This document shows positions 1 to 9,545 of a stretch of 64,000 nt of DNA, piece after piece. Source of the DNA: Planctomycetota bacterium (GTDB taxonomy: Bacteria; Planctomycetota; UBA8742; UBA2392); contig JADKGX010000002.1 of the NCBI GenBank assembly GCA_016722065.1, positions 202,256 through 266,255 on the forward strand, in the 5' to 3' direction. Positions within the stretch are counted from its first letter, which is position 1, and the number at the start of each line of letters is the position of its first letter. Position numbers and translations under genes: made by a program. Under the pieces are notes generated by a model. It saw only the letters and a program-made list of their open reading frames with translations, did not search any database and had not been told where the DNA came from.

Positions 1-306
1 GTGTCGCGCAGCGGCAGCACGATCTGCGTGGCTTTGATGCTGCATTGGGTGCGCAACGACGCTGTACGCCTGAGTTTCTTGATGGGCATGATCGCCATTG
101 GCGGTGCGGGCCTGCTGGAAGCGCGGCACATCACGCAGTTTGAAGCTGCCCCGGCGATCAGCGGGTTTGCCAGCAGCCTGGTGTTCAGCCTGATCGGATT
201 GACCACCCTGAAGCTGGTGGTCGGCCGCCAGAAACTGCGCTGGTTTGCGGCCTACTGTGCCGTCGTGGGTGTGGTCGCGCTGGTCTGGCTGTTCGCGATT
301 GCTTGA
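1..306 (+). CDS. membrane protein, C-terminal fragment (5' end probably outside window)
   Basis: The ORF runs from the window edge. The product has three hydrophobic helix-like stretches (GMIAIGGAGLL, FASSLVFSLIGLTTL, AAYCAVVGVVALVWLFAI). No family recognised. Confidence 0.45.
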   Translation: MSRSGSTICVALMLHWVRNDAVRLSFLMGMIAIGGAGLLEARHITQFEAAPAISGFASSLVFSLIGLTTLKLVVGRQKLRWFAAYCAVVGVVALVWLFAIA

Positions 307-326
307 GGGCGGGATGAATCCCGCCC
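307..326. terminator. stem-loop between convergent genes
   Basis: gggcggga-tgaa-tcccgccc forms a perfect 8-bp GC-rich stem between the ORF ending at 306 (+) and pepN ending at 361 (-). Confidence 0.45.
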
Positions 327-360
327 CCACGGATACTGCCGCCCGCTGGCATTGGCAACC

Positions 361-3003
361 CTAGCGCTTCTTCTTGGCACTCCCCTTGACCTTGGCTTTG
401 GCCGGCTTCTTTGCGGCCTTCTTTGATTTGGCTTTGCCGGTGCCCTTGTCGCCTTCCAGCTTGTCCAGGCGCACCTTCAGGTCGTCGTATTCTTTCTTTA
501 ATCCTTCGTAATCGTCGCGCAGGGCCTTGAGTTCCTTGGGCACACCGGCGGATTCGCGAATCGCGTCAATGGCCATCTTGGCGTTGCGCTTGATGCGGCT
601 GTCGTGGGTCGTGCTGGCCAGCTTGCCCAGCGCCCCAAGCGCCTTGGGGTCCTTCAACGCCCGCAGGCCGCCAACAGCCGCCATGGTCTGGCGGAAGTCG
701 CCTTCCAGCAGGGGCTCGAGTGTCTCCCTGGCCGCCTGTTTGTCTTTGTCTTCGGTGCTTTCGCTGGCCAGGCGACCCAGGCTGCCAATGGCCGAATAGC
801 GGGCTTGCTGGCTGCGACCATAGGCAGTCCATTCACGCATGACCGGCAGCGCACGCATGTCGCGCAGCTCGCACAACCCGGCGAAAGCATGGCTGCGAAT
901 CACGTCGTTGTGGCTTTCTTTTGTCAAAGCCGCCACCAGGGCGTCAAAGGCCAGTGCGTTGCGCGTTTTTCCCAGCGATGCCGCCGCCTGTGCCTCTACA
1001 TAGTAGGACTCATCCTTGGCCAGTATGCCGGCCAATGCCTTGGCCGCCGGGTCGGTCTTGAACTCGCCCAGTGCCTGGGCAACGGCACGCCGGGCCTTGG
1101 CGTGCTTGACTGCCTTGGCAGCAATCAACGCTTCCTGCGCTGCCGGGCTGTGAACTTTGCCCAGCGCGTAGGCGGCTTCAGCCTGCACACCCCAGAACTT
1201 GTCTGTCTTCAAGGCCTTGGCCAATGCTTCGGTGACTTTGGCGTTAGGCTTGCGCGCCAGGTTGCGGGCGGCATGCACCCGACCCATGACATCGTCGTCG
1301 CTTTCCAGTTGTGCAATCAGCATGTCCTGGGGCAGATCGAGTTCGAGTGTCTTGGGCAGGGCGTTGCCGGGGTCAAAGCTGATCCACTTGACGCGCGCGG
1401 GCAGCTTGACTTGGTAGCGGTGCGTGGCTTTATCGATATCGAACTCGCGCACTTCCTGCCCGCCGGAATACACAAAGCGCACGGCGGCCCGGGCGCGAAA
1501 GATGGCTGTCAGTTCATCGGGCTTCTGCTGCTGGTTGATGGTCAGCTCGACCTGGCTGGTGGTTTCATCCCACTTCGCGCTCACCTTGAACTCGGGGTGG
1601 CCGCCGCCGTAAATCCATTGGCTGAAGAACCAGTCAAAGTTGCGGCCCGTGACTTCTTCAATGGCGTCGGCGAAGTCCTGGGTAATCACACACGACTTGG
1701 CGTTGCTGGTCAGGTAGTGGTTGATCACCTTCCACCACAGACGATCGCCAAGCTGTTTGCGCAAATGGTGCAGAATCACCGCCCCCTTCTGGTACAGGTG
1801 GCGGTCAAACAGGTCCAGCGGCTCGTTATAGACGTTGGTCTGGATCGGCCTGCGGTAGGCGCCGGCGTCTTCGTCCAGGTAGGTCTTCCAGTCGGCATCC
1901 AGATAGTACTTGAACTCGTCGTCGCCCAACGATTGCTCGCACCACATGGCCTCGAAGTACGTGGCAAAGCTTTCGTTCAGCCAGGCGTGGCTCCAGTCGC
2001 GGCAGGTCAGGTAATCCCCGAACCACTGGTGGGCCAGCTCATGGCTGTTCAGCGGGTCGCTGCTGAAATCCAGGTGCGCGCGCGCGTCGTGCAGGGTCAG
2101 TTCGGTTTGCGTGGTCGCAGTGGTGTTCTCCATGCCGCCAAAAATGAAGTCCGCTGCCGTCACCTGGGCGTACTTGGGGTACGGGTACTTCACACCAGTT
2201 TTGTCGCTGAAAAACTTCACCATCTCGGGCGTGCGGCCAAAACTGCGTTCCCCGTCGGCTTCGCGGCCTGGCGGCACGTAGTAATCAACCTGAATGCCGT
2301 CCCACTCCTTGCTTACCTTGACGTAATCGCCAATCACCAGCGTGACCAGATAGGCCACATGGGGCACGTCCATCTTCCAGTGGTGCAGGGAATACTGGCC
2401 TTTGTCCTGCACGCTGATCAACGCACCATTGCTCAGGCTGGTCATGCCCTTGGGCACCTGGGCAATGATTTCGGTCGTGGCTTTTTCGTTGGGGTAGTCA
2501 AAGCACGGAAACCAGTAACGGCTGTCTTCGTCCTGGCCCTGGGTCCAGAACTCCAGATGTTTCTTTGGGTAGCCGGCATCCGGGCCTACAAAGTACACGC
2601 CGCGCCGAGGCGTGGCACTGTAGCTGACGGCGATTTCGATCGGCTTGTCCGGCGTCAGGGCCTTGCCGAAACGAACTGCCAGCTTGGCGCCATCGTGGTT
2701 CCAATCGGCGGGTTTGCCGTCTACCTTGACCTCGGTAATAGCCATCTCGCAGGCATCCAGTTCCAGAAACTCGGTGCCATCGTTAATTGCAGAAGCCGTG
2801 ATCGTGGCCCGGCCGATGAACGACTTGCGTTCGAAATCAGGCGTGATCTCGAGCTTGATGTGCTGGACATCGACAAAACGGTCACGGCACCACTTGGGTT
2901 CCGTGCCTTTTTTCATGAATGGCTTCCACGACGGCTTGGCGTCCAGGTATTCGTGGCCCAGGGTCGTAAAAAACCGCGCTTGTTCCGTGAGAGAGAAGTT
3001 CAT
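361..3003 (-). CDS. pepN: M1-family aminopeptidase (aminopeptidase N-like) with C-terminal HEAT-like repeats, coiled coil and Lys-rich tail
   Basis: Start MNFSLTEQ (ATG, revcomp of cat at 3001-3003). Carries GGMEN and HELAHQWFGD...WLNESFA (HEXXH-18-E) motifs. The C-terminus has repeated (A)LG..(D)..A...L units and ends KGTGKAKSKKAAKKPAKAKVKGSAKKKR. The rest of the 1444-aa track ORF is antisense to the next gene. Confidence 0.9.
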   Translation of the reverse strand: MNFSLTEQARFFTTLGHEYLDAKPSWKPFMKKGTEPKWCRDRFVDVQHIKLEITPDFERKSFIGRATITASAINDGTEFLELDACEMAITEVKVDGKPADWNHDGAKLAVRFGKALTPDKPIEIAVSYSATPRRGVYFVGPDAGYPKKHLEFWTQGQDEDSRYWFPCFDYPNEKATTEIIAQVPKGMTSLSNGALISVQDKGQYSLHHWKMDVPHVAYLVTLVIGDYVKVSKEWDGIQVDYYVPPGREADGERSFGRTPEMVKFFSDKTGVKYPYPKYAQVTAADFIFGGMENTTATTQTELTLHDARAHLDFSSDPLNSHELAHQWFGDYLTCRDWSHAWLNESFATYFEAMWCEQSLGDDEFKYYLDADWKTYLDEDAGAYRRPIQTNVYNEPLDLFDRHLYQKGAVILHHLRKQLGDRLWWKVINHYLTSNAKSCVITQDFADAIEEVTGRNFDWFFSQWIYGGGHPEFKVSAKWDETTSQVELTINQQQKPDELTAIFRARAAVRFVYSGGQEVREFDIDKATHRYQVKLPARVKWISFDPGNALPKTLELDLPQDMLIAQLESDDDVMGRVHAARNLARKPNAKVTEALAKALKTDKFWGVQAEAAYALGKVHSPAAQEALIAAKAVKHAKARRAVAQALGEFKTDPAAKALAGILAKDESYYVEAQAAASLGKTRNALAFDALVAALTKESHNDVIRSHAFAGLCELRDMRALPVMREWTAYGRSQQARYSAIGSLGRLASESTEDKDKQAARETLEPLLEGDFRQTMAAVGGLRALKDPKALGALGKLASTTHDSRIKRNAKMAIDAIRESAGVPKELKALRDDYEGLKKEYDDLKVRLDKLEGDKGTGKAKSKKAAKKPAKAKVKGSAKKKR

Positions 3004-3183
3004 GGCGTGACTACTCCAGTATGAGGCCCGGCATGATGCCGCGCCGCCTGTGTGCGTCAATGCGCGGCGAGGCTGGTTGCAACTGCGGAATTGCCACGTG
3101 GCAAGTCGCTTTCCCCGCAGGCAAGGGCGCCGTCTTGCGTATTGAGTGTATAGATCATCTGAAAACCCGAAGCCGGAGTGTCC

Positions 3184-4590
3184 ATGCGACTGAAGCTGTT
3201 TGCCCTGATGGCCTTGAGCAGCCTGTGCTTGGCGACGTTTGTGCCCGCACTGGCCCAGGAAGCACCCAAACCGGAACCCAAACCGGCCGAAGAAAAACCC
3301 CAGCCGCTGGACGAGACCAAACTGGAGGCCGGCGCCAAGGCCAACATCAAGGTCCTGGACGCAATGCTGGACACGATTCGGCAGGGGTTTTACGACCGCA
3401 AGTATGGCGGCCACGACCTGAAGGAAATGCGTGCCCGCTTTGTGAAACGCGTGGCCGAAAGCAAGCCCGGCGAACCGCTGTACAAGGTGCTGCGTGAGTT
3501 GCTGGGCGAGTTCAAGGTTTCGCACCTGACGATTCTGGCCCAGGACGTTTACGACGTGAACTTTGCGCCCGAAATGAACGGCGGCCGCACCGAGCGCCCG
3601 GGGCTGGATGTGACGGAACTTGAGGACGGCAAGCTGTTTATCAGCGGCGTGCTGGACGGCAGCGGCGCCGAGTCCGCAGGCGTGTTGCGCGGCGACAGGC
3701 TGGTCGAAATCAACGGCAAGCCGGCGCTGCAAAGCCCGCTGCTGGCCGATGCCGGCGGCGACCCCGGCCTGCCCGGCCACCCGCATTACTTTGTACGCGT
3801 ACCAGAGGCGCAAGACCTGGTGTTGAAGGTGCAGCGCCACGCCGAAGACAAAGAACTGACCACGCTGACCGTGACGTGCACCGCCACCAGCATGATTGAC
3901 GCTACGCGCAAAAGCGTGAAGGTGATTGAGCATGAGGGCCGCAAGTTCGGCTACATTCACTTCTGGCACTTTCTGCACGACGGCATGACGCAATCCCTGA
4001 GGAAGGCCCTGAACAAGGAGTTCAAGGATTGCGACGGGTTGATCATTGACCTGCGCGGCCGCGGCGGTAGCCCGCAGGTGATGAACGACTGTTTTTCGCC
4101 CTTCGCCGATCCGCCATCCATGAGCCGCATTCCTGGCTTTGGCGGCTCCAGCACGGTCATGCCCAAGTGGACGCGCCCCGTGGTGGCGCTGCAGGACGCT
4201 GGCTCGCGCAGTGCCAAAGAGGTTTACGCCCACAACTGGAAGTGGAAGAAAGTCGGCCCGCTGGTAGGCGAAAGCACACCCGGCGCGGTGCTGGGCAGCA
4301 CCTTTGCCCCACTGCCAGACGGCAGCCAGTTGTTGTACCCGGCCCAGAACGTGCGCAGCTTGACCTTTGGCCAGGTCGAACTGGAAGGCAACCCGGTAGA
4401 GCCCACCCACCCGGTCAAAGACCTGCTGCCCTTTGCGGCCGGCAGCGACACAATCAAGGAAGCCGGCATCAAGATTCTGTACGACCTGGTCAAGGACAAG
4501 CCCAAGGTCGTGCCAGCGCCTGACCCGGACGCAGGCGAGAAAGAGGAAGGCTTCAGCATCCAGCCCGGCCAGTGGCGCAGGGCCGGATAG
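3184..4590 (+). CDS. S41-family (C-terminal processing/tail-specific) peptidase with PDZ domain, secreted
   Basis: Signal peptide MRLKLFALMALSSLCLATFVPALA. PDZ-like GVLRGDRLVEINGKP. S41-like IIDLRGRGGS. GGAG sits 5 nt upstream of ATG 3184 (the track start at 3178 is GTG). Confidence 0.8.
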   Translation: MRLKLFALMALSSLCLATFVPALAQEAPKPEPKPAEEKPQPLDETKLEAGAKANIKVLDAMLDTIRQGFYDRKYGGHDLKEMRARFVKRVAESKPGEPLYKVLRELLGEFKVSHLTILAQDVYDVNFAPEMNGGRTERPGLDVTELEDGKLFISGVLDGSGAESAGVLRGDRLVEINGKPALQSPLLADAGGDPGLPGHPHYFVRVPEAQDLVLKVQRHAEDKELTTLTVTCTATSMIDATRKSVKVIEHEGRKFGYIHFWHFLHDGMTQSLRKALNKEFKDCDGLIIDLRGRGGSPQVMNDCFSPFADPPSMSRIPGFGGSSTVMPKWTRPVVALQDAGSRSAKEVYAHNWKWKKVGPLVGESTPGAVLGSTFAPLPDGSQLLYPAQNVRSLTFGQVELEGNPVEPTHPVKDLLPFAAGSDTIKEAGIKILYDLVKDKPKVVPAPDPDAGEKEEGFSIQPGQWRRAG

Positions 4591-4613
4591 CAGACACACA
4601 GCCAGGAGCCAAG

Positions 4614-4654
4614 AACGCGAAGTGGCCCTGCGGCCCTTCGCGTTTTCTCCTTTT
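4614..4654 (+). terminator. rho-independent-type terminator after the S41 peptidase gene
   Basis: aacgcgaag (4614-4622) pairs with cttcgcgtt (4636-4644), has an inner ggcc/ggcc pair, and is followed by ttctcctttt. Confidence 0.6.
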
Positions 4655-4694
4655 CGCGGCTGCCATGAAGACGCCCCACTAGCACAATCCACCA

Positions 4695-5009
4695 ATGCAC
4701 ATTCCCCTTGGCTGGATATTGCTGCCTGCGCTGGCTTTCAACTTGGCGGCCTTTGTGGCGCAGGGCATCGACAAGCGCCGCGCCGTGCGGTCGGCCTGGC
4801 GCGTCCCGGAATCCACGCTGCTGGGCCTGGGCCTGCCCCTGGCTTGTGCCGGCATGCTGCTTGGAATGAAGCTTTTCCGGCACAAGACCAGTAAGCGCAG
4901 CTTTGTGGCAAAGGCCGCGCTGGTGACTATCGCCAATCTGCTCATGCTGGCCGGGCTTGGCTACATGGCGATGCAAGGTCTTGTTGTGTTCGAACTTGCG
5001 CTTTACTAA
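4695..5009 (+). CDS. DUF1294-family small membrane protein
   Basis: The pattern DKRRA...R.PE..LL.LGL..G..G...GM.LFRHKT.K..F is typical of DUF1294. Two to three TM helices. Confidence 0.65.
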   Translation: MHIPLGWILLPALAFNLAAFVAQGIDKRRAVRSAWRVPESTLLGLGLPLACAGMLLGMKLFRHKTSKRSFVAKAALVTIANLLMLAGLGYMAMQGLVVFELALY

Positions 5010-7385
5010 GTGCGCGCCATGCAGGACAATACCCCTGCGTACAACCGGGGGCCGAAACCAACGTTTGTGCGCGTCCCTGCACTCCACCCCGGAGCCCGCT
5101 GGATGCCTTGCTGCCATCGCTGTTCCACAGAGTTGAGTTACGCCGGCCGCCCGTGCCCCCAGTGCATGAGCCCGGCCCGCTTTGAGTTCAAGTCTGGCAA
5201 GGTCGTTACCGCACAAGGAATCACCCGTGCCAGCCGCGTGCGCCTGCCCGGGTTCGCCCTTTCGCCACTGGTTCGCGGCAAGAACATTCGTGCCCCGCGC
5301 CGCCAGCGCGCGATTCGCGCCCTGCACATGATTGGGCGCTGGACCTGGAACAGCCTGGGCATCGCCTTGTTGGTGCATGCGCTGCTGTTCGCGATTGCGT
5401 TCTACTTCCGCAATCACATTGAAGACACCATCAAACAAGTGCAGCAACTGGCCTTTGTACCTGAAACCGCAGCGCCCATTACCGCGCCTGAAAAAGCCGA
5501 CATGGAACTGCCAGACATGACGCCGGATGACGACAGCCTTCAAATTCCGCGCGAAGTCAGCGACGACATGATGCTGGAGGCCGGCGATCCGGACCTGGTG
5601 GCCCCCGAGCCCGTACCCTTTGCCCCCGAGCCACAGGTGTCGGCCCCCTATCACGGGCCGGAGATGCCACTCAAGCTGAAAGCCCCCCAGGCCGCACAGG
5701 GTATTGGCGGGGGGCAGCCTTCGCCTTCGCGCAACATGGCCGCCTCGGGCTCGGGGCTGTTTCAGAACCGCAAGGGCGATGCCCGTGCCGCGGCCCTGAA
5801 GCGTTTTGGCGGCGGGCCGGATACCGAAAACGCCGTGAACCTGGGGCTGGAATACCTGTCGCGCCAGCAAAGCAGCGACGGAAGCTGGGACCCGGCCAAG
5901 GGCCATGAAGTGCGCAACCGCTTTGCCAACGACGACAGCGGCTATCGTGGCGCTTTGACCGCCCTGTGCGCGCTGCCCTTTCTGGCCGCCGGTAACTCGC
6001 CCGACGAAGGCCGTTACAGCAGCAACGTGAAGCGCGCCGTGAACTGGCTGACGCGAAACCAGACAGCCGACGGCTGCCTTGCCCAACGCGGCGTAATGCA
6101 GATGTACGGCCACATGGTGGCCACGCTGGTGATGTGCGAAGTCTACGGCATGACCGGCGACGAAAAGTTCCGCACATGCGCCGAGAGGGCCGTGCGCTTT
6201 CTGGAACGCACCCAGAACAGCGCTGGCGGCTGGGACTACCAGGCCACCATCAGCAGCAGTAGCCGCCTGCCCCAGCGCAACGACATGTCGATCAGCGGCT
6301 GGGCCGTGCTGGCACTCAAGGACGCCCGCAGCGTGGGCATTCGTGTCAGCGAAACGGCCTGGAATGGCGTATCGGACCTGTATGACCGCCTGAGCCTGGA
6401 CACCGGCGAAACCTATTACGCAGACCGCGAATATGGCGACCTGCCCTCCAACCGCCTGGGCATTGGCATGGTCGGCGTTGGCCTGACAGCCCGCACGATT
6501 CTGGACAGCGACCGCTTCTATCGCCGCAACGCCGCCGCCGAACGCATGCTGCTGGAGCACAAGCCTGACTATGCTCGCTTTTCAGACCCCAGTTGGGGCG
6601 CGCAGAACCCCAACTTCAATACCTTCTATGGCTGGTACTACGGCACGCTGGGCATGTTTCTCAAGAACGCCGGCCAGGGCAGCGCCTGGGAACAATGGAA
6701 CGCCGCACTGAAGGAACAATTGCTCAAGAACCAGGTGCTGGCGGGCGCGCGCAAGGGCTCTTGGGGCCCCGATGATTCCTGGCTGGGCCCATTGATGGGT
6801 GACCTGTACACGACTTCCTGCGCGGTACTCTGTCTGGAGGTCTACTACCGCTACAACCCCATGCACCGGCCGGAATCCGAGATCACGCCACTGGTCAGCG
6901 AGACGCGTTCTGAGCTTCCCGGCAAACCTGAACCCAACCCGGCCAAAATGGAAAAGCCGGTCGAGATTGCCGGTGAAACCCTGGACCTGGCCAAGGTTCC
7001 CGATCGCAGCAAGTACCTGCGCCTGCTGGCCCGCGAACAAGGCAAGGCCGCGATTGCGCCCTTGATGGATTCCTTGAAAGACGAATCCCCTACCGTGCGC
7101 ACAACAGCGCTGTATGAACTGGGCAAGCTGAAGGCAACCGACGCCGTGGATGCCATCAGCAACATGATCAACCGCAGCGAGAACCGCGACCTGCGCCTGA
7201 CGATCTGCGATACACTGGGCAAGATTGGCGACAAAAGCGCCGCGCAGCCGCTGGTGAAGCTGCTGTCTGACCAGGACGTGACGGTGGTCGGGGCGTCGCA
7301 GCGGGCGCTGGTGAAGCTTGCCGGTGGCAAAGACTTCGGCACCAACCGCCACGCTTGGGCGGATTACTTCGGCGTCAACCCGTAG
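5010..7385 (+). CDS. zinc-ribbon / TM / prenyltransferase-squalene-oxidase-like repeat protein with C-terminal HEAT repeats
   Basis: CxxC-11-CxxC (CHRCSTELSYAGRPCPQC), then one TM (LGIALLVHALLFAIAFYF). Repeated (Q)..DG.W motifs (QQSSDGSWD, NQTADGCL, TQNSAGGWDYQ, ARKGSWG). HEAT-like tail (ESPTVRTTALYELGKL...). The start may be GTG 5010 or ATG 5019. Confidence 0.7.
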   Translation: MRAMQDNTPAYNRGPKPTFVRVPALHPGARWMPCCHRCSTELSYAGRPCPQCMSPARFEFKSGKVVTAQGITRASRVRLPGFALSPLVRGKNIRAPRRQRAIRALHMIGRWTWNSLGIALLVHALLFAIAFYFRNHIEDTIKQVQQLAFVPETAAPITAPEKADMELPDMTPDDDSLQIPREVSDDMMLEAGDPDLVAPEPVPFAPEPQVSAPYHGPEMPLKLKAPQAAQGIGGGQPSPSRNMAASGSGLFQNRKGDARAAALKRFGGGPDTENAVNLGLEYLSRQQSSDGSWDPAKGHEVRNRFANDDSGYRGALTALCALPFLAAGNSPDEGRYSSNVKRAVNWLTRNQTADGCLAQRGVMQMYGHMVATLVMCEVYGMTGDEKFRTCAERAVRFLERTQNSAGGWDYQATISSSSRLPQRNDMSISGWAVLALKDARSVGIRVSETAWNGVSDLYDRLSLDTGETYYADREYGDLPSNRLGIGMVGVGLTARTILDSDRFYRRNAAAERMLLEHKPDYARFSDPSWGAQNPNFNTFYGWYYGTLGMFLKNAGQGSAWEQWNAALKEQLLKNQVLAGARKGSWGPDDSWLGPLMGDLYTTSCAVLCLEVYYRYNPMHRPESEITPLVSETRSELPGKPEPNPAKMEKPVEIAGETLDLAKVPDRSKYLRLLAREQGKAAIAPLMDSLKDESPTVRTTALYELGKLKATDAVDAISNMINRSENRDLRLTICDTLGKIGDKSAAQPLVKLLSDQDVTVVGASQRALVKLAGGKDFGTNRHAWADYFGVNP

Positions 7386-7408
7386 CAGCCGACTCTTTGC
7401 GCTTGAAT

Positions 7409-8365
7409 CTATTTGCCAGTGCCGCCGGCGTTGCCCTTGGGCTCGGGCTCGGGTTTGGCGAAGGCTTTTTCGGCCTCAATGACCAGCGGCAGCACTTTCA
7501 TCAAACGTTCGTGCACGTCTTTGTTGTCGTGCTTCTCAAGCCCGCGGGCAGCCCACAGGTACTGCACCGCGCGTTCATAGCGCTTGAGTTCCACCAGAGT
7601 GTCGGCCGCACCAATGTACAGCTCGGCGCGGTCGGGCAGCAGGTGAATGGCAAAGTCGTAGTTCTCAATGGCCTTGCGCCAGTTGCGCAGCTTGAAGTAG
7701 CAGCGCGCCGCGCCCTGGTAGGCCGCCGGGTTGGTGCTGTCGAACTCGACGGATTTCTCAAAGGCCTGGGCGGCGTCGCCAAAGCGCTGGTCCAACTCAT
7801 GCAGCGTGGCGTAGTGGTACCAGGCGTAGCCGGATTTTTGCTCGCGCTTGATCGCCAGGTCATAGTTTTCACGCGCCTTATCAAGTTCGCCGGTGTGCTG
7901 GTAATACAGCGCAATCGCCACCAGCGGGTAGGCGCGGTTCTTTTCTACTTCTGCGGCAAGGCGCAGCTTGGCCAGCGCGGCAAGGTCGCGGCCTTGCTGC
8001 TGGTAGACCATGGCCAGGTTGACCAGCGTGTCGCCATCGCGGGGGTCGTATTCCAGGGCGCGTTCGTACCACTTCACGGACTGGTCGTAGTCTTTGGTGT
8101 CCTGAAAGCAGACACCAATGTTGTAGCAGATGGCCAGGTTGTACCCGTCGCGTTTGGCGGCGGCGTGAAACTGTTCCAGGGCGCGCGGATAATCCGAATG
8201 GTCCATGAACTCCACGCCCTTTTCAAAGGCGTTGAGACGCGGCACCCCGCAACCGGAGAGGCCGATCAGCAGGCAAACCGCCAAAAGCAGCAAACCTGCC
8301 GACCACAGCCGCGATGCCAGGGGCGCAGGACCGGCAGGTGCGATTGTGCAGGATGGACGCAGCAT
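7409..8365 (-). CDS. TPR-repeat lipoprotein
   Basis: Start MLRPS (ATG, cat at 8363-8365) avoids overlap with the upstream MCE gene. Lipobox LIGLSGC. Several TPR units (A...Y..AL..DP...). Confidence 0.8.
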   Translation of the reverse strand: MLRPSCTIAPAGPAPLASRLWSAGLLLLAVCLLIGLSGCGVPRLNAFEKGVEFMDHSDYPRALEQFHAAAKRDGYNLAICYNIGVCFQDTKDYDQSVKWYERALEYDPRDGDTLVNLAMVYQQQGRDLAALAKLRLAAEVEKNRAYPLVAIALYYQHTGELDKARENYDLAIKREQKSGYAWYHYATLHELDQRFGDAAQAFEKSVEFDSTNPAAYQGAARCYFKLRNWRKAIENYDFAIHLLPDRAELYIGAADTLVELKRYERAVQYLWAARGLEKHDNKDVHERLMKVLPLVIEAEKAFAKPEPEPKGNAGGTGK

Positions 8366-8435
8366 GGTTGTGTGATAGCGGTTCTTCACTCGGTTACCGA
8401 TCTTGCCAGTGGATTGTGTACCTTGCACGGCGGCG

Positions 8436-9521
8436 TTAGTCGCTTTCCTTGCGCGGCCGGCGTCCGGAATTACGGATCGCCAGTTCGTCCACATTCGGAA
8501 TCGGGCGCGGGCCGTCAAGCTTGGCCCGTTCTTTCTCGTCCTGGCTGTCACCCCAGATCAGCAAGCTGGGGTCGCGCTCAATGCGCCGGGCAAACACCCG
8601 CAGGCTGGAAGAAGCGTCGCGAATGTTCTGCATGCTGACCTGAATGTTCAACTGGTTGTCCAGCACAAGGTCGTTCAGGTTGGCCACCAGCGTATCCAGG
8701 TTACCTGAAATCGAGTTCAAGCTGGCCACCAGCGCTGGCACCTTGCCATCGCCATCGGCTAGCAGCGCATCCATGCGGCCCGAGGCGCTTTTCAGGTTCT
8801 CGATCAAGTCCTTGATGCCCTGGTTGTTGTCCTTGAGCAGCTTCTGTACTTCGGCCAGCACTTCGTTGGCGGCATCAAACGTGGGGCCGACTTTGGTAAA
8901 GGCCGGGTCCAGTTTCTCCAGGCCTTTATCCAGGCGGTCCATGGCGCTGCTGAGTGACTTCAGGGTCGATTCGATGTTCTTGCTGAAGTCGTCTTTCTCG
9001 AGTACCACGGCCAGCTTGTCGATACCCACCTGAAGCTTCTTGATCGTGCCCTCGGCGCCTTCAAAGATGTCGTTGAAGCTGGTTGGGGCCTTGCCCTTGA
9101 CGGGCAAGCGCTGCCCGGCCTTGACCAGATCGCGCTGTCGGCCAAGTTTGAGCACCAGTTGGTTGCCGCCAAACAGGCTGCCCATCTGCACCTGGGCCTC
9201 GGTATCGACCGGAATCACCACTGTATCGGCGAACTCTTCCTCGATCACGATCTGCACTTCCACCTCGACCCGCTGGCCGACTTCGCTGCTGGTGACGGGA
9301 ATGGTGCGAATGCCGTCGACCTTGCCCACGCGCTGGCCCGCCACAATCACGGCCGCGCTGCCCGACAAGCCACCGACGTCGTCAAACATGATCGAGTATC
9401 GCTTGCCCTGCACGTTGGGCGCAAAGCCCTGCAGATAGGCCACGGTGACCACAAAAGCCACAACCACCGCAACGGCAAAGACGCCCGTGATCAGGTCTGA
9501 ACGTGAACTCTTGCGTGCCAT
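8436..9521 (-). CDS. MlaD/MCE-domain protein with long C-terminal helical region (paralog 2)
   Basis: N-terminal TM, then an MCE core YSIMFDDVGGLSGSAAVIVAGQRVGKVDGI. About 200 aa of helical low-complexity tail. Confidence 0.85.
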   Translation of the reverse strand: MARKSSRSDLITGVFAVAVVVAFVVTVAYLQGFAPNVQGKRYSIMFDDVGGLSGSAAVIVAGQRVGKVDGIRTIPVTSSEVGQRVEVEVQIVIEEEFADTVVIPVDTEAQVQMGSLFGGNQLVLKLGRQRDLVKAGQRLPVKGKAPTSFNDIFEGAEGTIKKLQVGIDKLAVVLEKDDFSKNIESTLKSLSSAMDRLDKGLEKLDPAFTKVGPTFDAANEVLAEVQKLLKDNNQGIKDLIENLKSASGRMDALLADGDGKVPALVASLNSISGNLDTLVANLNDLVLDNQLNIQVSMQNIRDASSSLRVFARRIERDPSLLIWGDSQDEKERAKLDGPRPIPNVDELAIRNSGRRPRKESD

Positions 9522-9545
9522 GTCTGCCTGCCTTTCGGACTTGCG

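Noticed and set aside
604-3024. 806-aa plus-strand ORF
   Set aside because: It is antisense to pepN. It is rich in Gly/Arg/Gln/His/Val with no motifs, which is typical of a high-GC shadow ORF.
3004-4695. N-terminal ~560 aa of the 1444-aa track ORF (361..4695, minus strand)
   Set aside because: This stretch is antisense to the well-supported S41 peptidase gene. Its composition is Ala/Gly/Arg/Gln-rich and shadow-like. The M1 aminopeptidase homology begins at MNFSLTEQ (start 3003).
4224-6560. 778-aa minus-strand ORF
   Set aside because: It is antisense to the S41, DUF1294 and prenyltransferase-like genes, and its composition is shadow-like.
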